Part shown: piece after piece, positions 30,501 to 34,089 of the stretch | Layout of the letters: every line of letters starts with the position of its first letter | Position numbering within the stretch: position 1 is the first letter of the stretch | NCBI GenBank assembly: GCA_002269645.1 | Contig: NIVC01001339.1 | Coordinates: 1-34,089 of the forward strand | DNA from: Macrostomum lignano | Lineage: Eukaryota | Direction of reading: 5' to 3' | Length of the DNA: 34,089 bases | Program-made: the position numbers and the translations under genes | Notes under the pieces: model-generated | What the model was told of the DNA's origin: nothing | The model's input: only the letters and a program-made list of their open reading frames with translations | Databases searched by the model: none

Positions 30501-33500
30501 TGTATATGTTTGACATGGTGGCTCTTGTATTTTTAACATGTTGGCTCTTTAATGTTCGACATGGTGGCTCTTTAATGTCTAACATGGAGTCACGTATATG
30601 TTTGACATGGAGTCATGTATATGTCTGATATGGTAGCTCTTTAATGTTTTACATGGAGTCACGTATATGTTTCACATGGTGGCTATTTTATGTTTGACAT
30701 GGTGGTTCTTAAATGTTCGACATGGTGGCTCTTTAATGTTTTACATGGTGGCACTTTCATGTTTGACCTGTTGGCTCTTTAATGTTTGACATGGTGGCTC
30801 TTTAATATTTGACATGGTGGCCCTTTTATGTTCGACATTGTGGCTCTTCAATGTTTGACATGGAGTCATGTATATGTTTGACCTGGTGGCTCTTTAATTT
30901 TTGACATGGTGGTCTTTAATGTTTTACATGGTGGCACTTTCATGTTTGACATGGTGGCTCTTTAATGTTTGAAATGGTGGCTCTTTAATTTTTGAAATGG
31001 TGGCTGTTTTATGTTTGACATGGTGGCTCTTTAATGTTCGACATGGTGGCTCTTTAATGTTTGACATGGTGGCTCTTTAATGTTTGACATGGTGGCTCTT
31101 TAATGTTTGAAATGGTGGCTCTTTAATTTTTGAAATGGTGGCTGTTTTATGTTTGACATGGTGGCTCTTTAATGTTCGACATGGTGGCTCTTTAATGTTT
31201 GACATGGTGGCTCTTTAATGTTTGATAAGGTGGCTCTTTAATGTTTGATATGGTGGCTCTTTAATGTTCGACATGGTGGCTCTTTAATGTTTGACATGGT
31301 GGCTCTTTAATCGTCGAAATTGTGGCTCTGTTTTATGTTTGACATGGTGGCTCTTTAATGTTCGACATGGTGGCTCTTTAATGTTCTTAATGGTGTCTGT
31401 TTTATGTTTGACATGGTAGCTCTTTAATGTTCGACATGGTGGCTCTTTAATGTTTGACATGGTGGCTCTTTAATTTTCGAAATGTTGGCTGTTTTATGTT
31501 TGACATGGTGGCTCTTTATTGTTTGACATGGTGGCTCTTTAATGTTTGACATGGTAACTCTTTTATGTTTGATATGGTGGCTCTTTAATGTTCGACATGG
31601 TGGCTCTTTTATGTTCGACATGGTGTCGCTTCAATGTTTGACATGAAGTTACGTATATGTTTTACATGGTGGCTCTTTTATGTTCGACATTGTGGCTCTT
31701 TAATGTTTGACATGGGGTCTCTTCAATGTTTGACATGGAGTTACGTATATGTTTGACATGGTGGCTCTTTAATGTTTTACATGGTGGCACTTTCATGTTT
31801 GACCTGGTGGCTCTTTAATATTTGACATGGTGGCTCTTTTATTTTTGACATGGTGGCTCTTTAGTGTTAGACATGGTGGCTCTTTTATGTTTTGCATGGT
31901 GGCTCTTTTATGTTCGACTGGTGTCTCTTCAATGTTTGACATGGAGTCATGTATATGTTTGACATGGTGGCTCTTTACTGTTTGACATGGTGGCTCTTTA
32001 CTGTTTGAAATGGTGGCCTCTTTAATGTTCTACATGGTAACTCTTTTATGTTTGATACGGTGGCTTTTAAATGTCTGACATGGTGGCTCTTAAATGTTTG
32101 ACATGGTGGCTCTTTAATGTTCTTCATGGTGGCTCTTTAATGTTCTACATAGTGGCTCTTTTATGTTTCGACATGGTGGCTGTTTTTTGTTCTACATGGT
32201 AACTCTTTTTTGTTTGATACGGTGGCTTTTTATGTCTGACATGGTGGCTCTTTTATGTTTTTACATGGTGGCTCTTTAATGGTCGAAAAAATGGCTTTTT
32301 AATGTTTGACATGGTGGCTCTTAAATGTTTGACATGGTGGCTCTTTACTGTTTGAAATGGTGTCTCTTTAATATTCTACATGGTGGCTCTTTTATGTTCG
32401 ACATGGTGGCTGTTTTTTGTTCTACATGGTAACTCTTTTTTGTTTGATACGGTGGCTTTTTATGTCTGACATGGTGGCTCTTTTATGTTTGACATGGTGG
32501 CTCTTTAATGTTCGACAAAGTGGCTTTTTAATGTTTGACATGGTGGCTCTTAAATGTTTGACATGGTGGCTCTTTACTGTTTGAAATGGTGTCTCTTTAA
32601 TATTCTACATGGTGGCTCTTTTATGTTCGACATGGTGGCTGTTTTTTGTTCTACACGGTAACTCTTTTATGTTTGATACGATGGCTTTTTAATGTCTGAC
32701 ATGGTGGCTCTTCTATGTTTGACATGGTGGCTCTTTAATGTTTTACATGGTGGCACTTTCATGTTTGACCTGGTGGCTCTTTAATATTTGACATGGTGGC
32801 TCTTTTATTTTTGACATGGTGGCTCTTTAGTGTTAGACATGGTGGCTCTTTTATGTTTTGCATGGTGGCTCTTTTATGTTCGACATGGTGTCTCTTCAAT
32901 GTTTGACATGGAGTCATGTATATGTTTGACATGGTGGCTCTTTACTGTTTGACATGGTGGCTCTTTACTGTTTGAAATGGTGGCTCTTTAATGTTCTACA
33001 TGGTAACTCTTTTATGTTTGATACGGTGGCTTTTTAATGTCTGACATGGTGGCTCTTAAATGTTTGACATGGTGGCTCTTTAATGTTCTTCATGGTGGCT
33101 CTTTAATGTTCTACATAGTGGCTCTTTTATGTTCGACATGGTGGCTGTTTTTTGTTCTACATGGTAACTCTTTTTTGTTTGATACGGTGGCTTTTTTATG
33201 TCTGACATGGTGGCTCTTTTATGTTTTTACATGGTGGCTCTTTAATGGTCGAAAAAATGGCTTTTTAATGTTTGACATGGTGGCTCTTAAATGTTTGACA
33301 TGGTGGCTCTTTACTGTTTGAAATGGTGTCTCTTTAATATTCTACATGGTGGCTCTTTTATGTTCGACATGGTGGCTGTTTTTTGTTCTACACGGTAACT
33401 CTTTTATGTTTGATACGGTGGCTTTTTAATGTCTGACATGGTGGCTCTTCTATGTTTGACATGGTGGCTCTTTAATGTTTGACATGGTAGCTCTTTTATG

Positions 33501-34089
33501 TTCGACATGGTGGCTCTTTAATGTTCGACATGGTGGCTCTTTTATGTTCGACATGGTGTCGCTTCAATGTTTGACATGAAGTTACGTATATGTTTTACAT
33601 GGTGGCTCTTTTATGTTCGACATTGTGGCTCTTTAATGTTTGACATGGGGTCTCTTCAATGTTTGACATGGAGTTACGTATATGTTTTGACATGGTGGCT
33701 CTTTAATGTTTTACATGGTGGCACTTTCATGTTTGACCTGGTGGCTCTTTAATATTTGACATGGTGGCCTCTTTTATTTTGACATGGTGGCTCTTTAGTG
33801 TTAGACATGGTGGCTCTTCTATGTTTTGCATGGTGGCTCTTTATGTTCGACATGGTGTCCTCTTCAATGTTTGACATGGAGTCATGTATTATGTTGACAT
33901 GGTGGCTCTTGTATTTTTAACATGTTGGCTCTTTAATGTTCGACATGGTGGCTCTTTAATGTCTAACATGGAGTCACGTATATGTTTGACATGGAGTCAT
34001 GTATATGTCTGATATGGTAGCTCTTTAATGTTTTACATGGAGTCACGTATATGTTTCACATGGTGGCTATTTTATGTTTGACATGGTGG
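24590..34089. repeat. 23-bp satellite array 3 (>9.4 kb, runs off the window) with ~3.2-3.3-kb higher-order repeats
   Basis: Roughly 400 monomers. Diagnostic variants recur: TCGAAAAAAT at 26691/29958/33249; CGAAATTGTG at 28141/31315. Confidence 0.97.

Noticed and set aside
19084-33752. Many ORFs such as MSNIKEPPCQTLKSHHVKHKRAT and their reverse-strand equivalents
   Set aside because: They are translations of the 23-bp satellite; frames shift with each monomer and there are no splice signals or domain motifs.

Overview
Eukaryotic (animal) genomic DNA with GC-rich exons, GT-AG introns and very dense tandem repeats. The style suggests a flatworm such as Macrostomum, but that is an unverified inference. 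Four spliced genes are supported: (1) a + strand signal-peptide/single-TM protein with a possible degenerate C2 domain (2698-5286); (2) a - strand secreted PAN/Apple + fibrinogen-C (FReD) protein (6309-7496); (3) POLE2, DNA polymerase epsilon subunit B, 5 exons (10380-14157); (4) the first two exons of a lysosomal/prostatic-type histidine acid phosphatase (16164-17784), whose remaining exons are not in the window. Also present are a tRNA-derived CORE-like SINE, a decayed RNase H-bearing LINE fragment and many minisatellites, including a different one in every POLE2 and phosphatase intron. From 18615 to the end lies a modular satellite complex. Its parts are hairpin+CTAG Helitron-like 3' ends inserted at A|T, an 18-bp array, a conserved linker, 23-bp satellite arrays with 147-bp and ~3.2-kb higher-order structure, and a tRNA-like Pol III head with a T-run. 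Most ORFs in the supplied track are repeat artefacts. Repeat boundaries and copy numbers were read by eye and are approximate.
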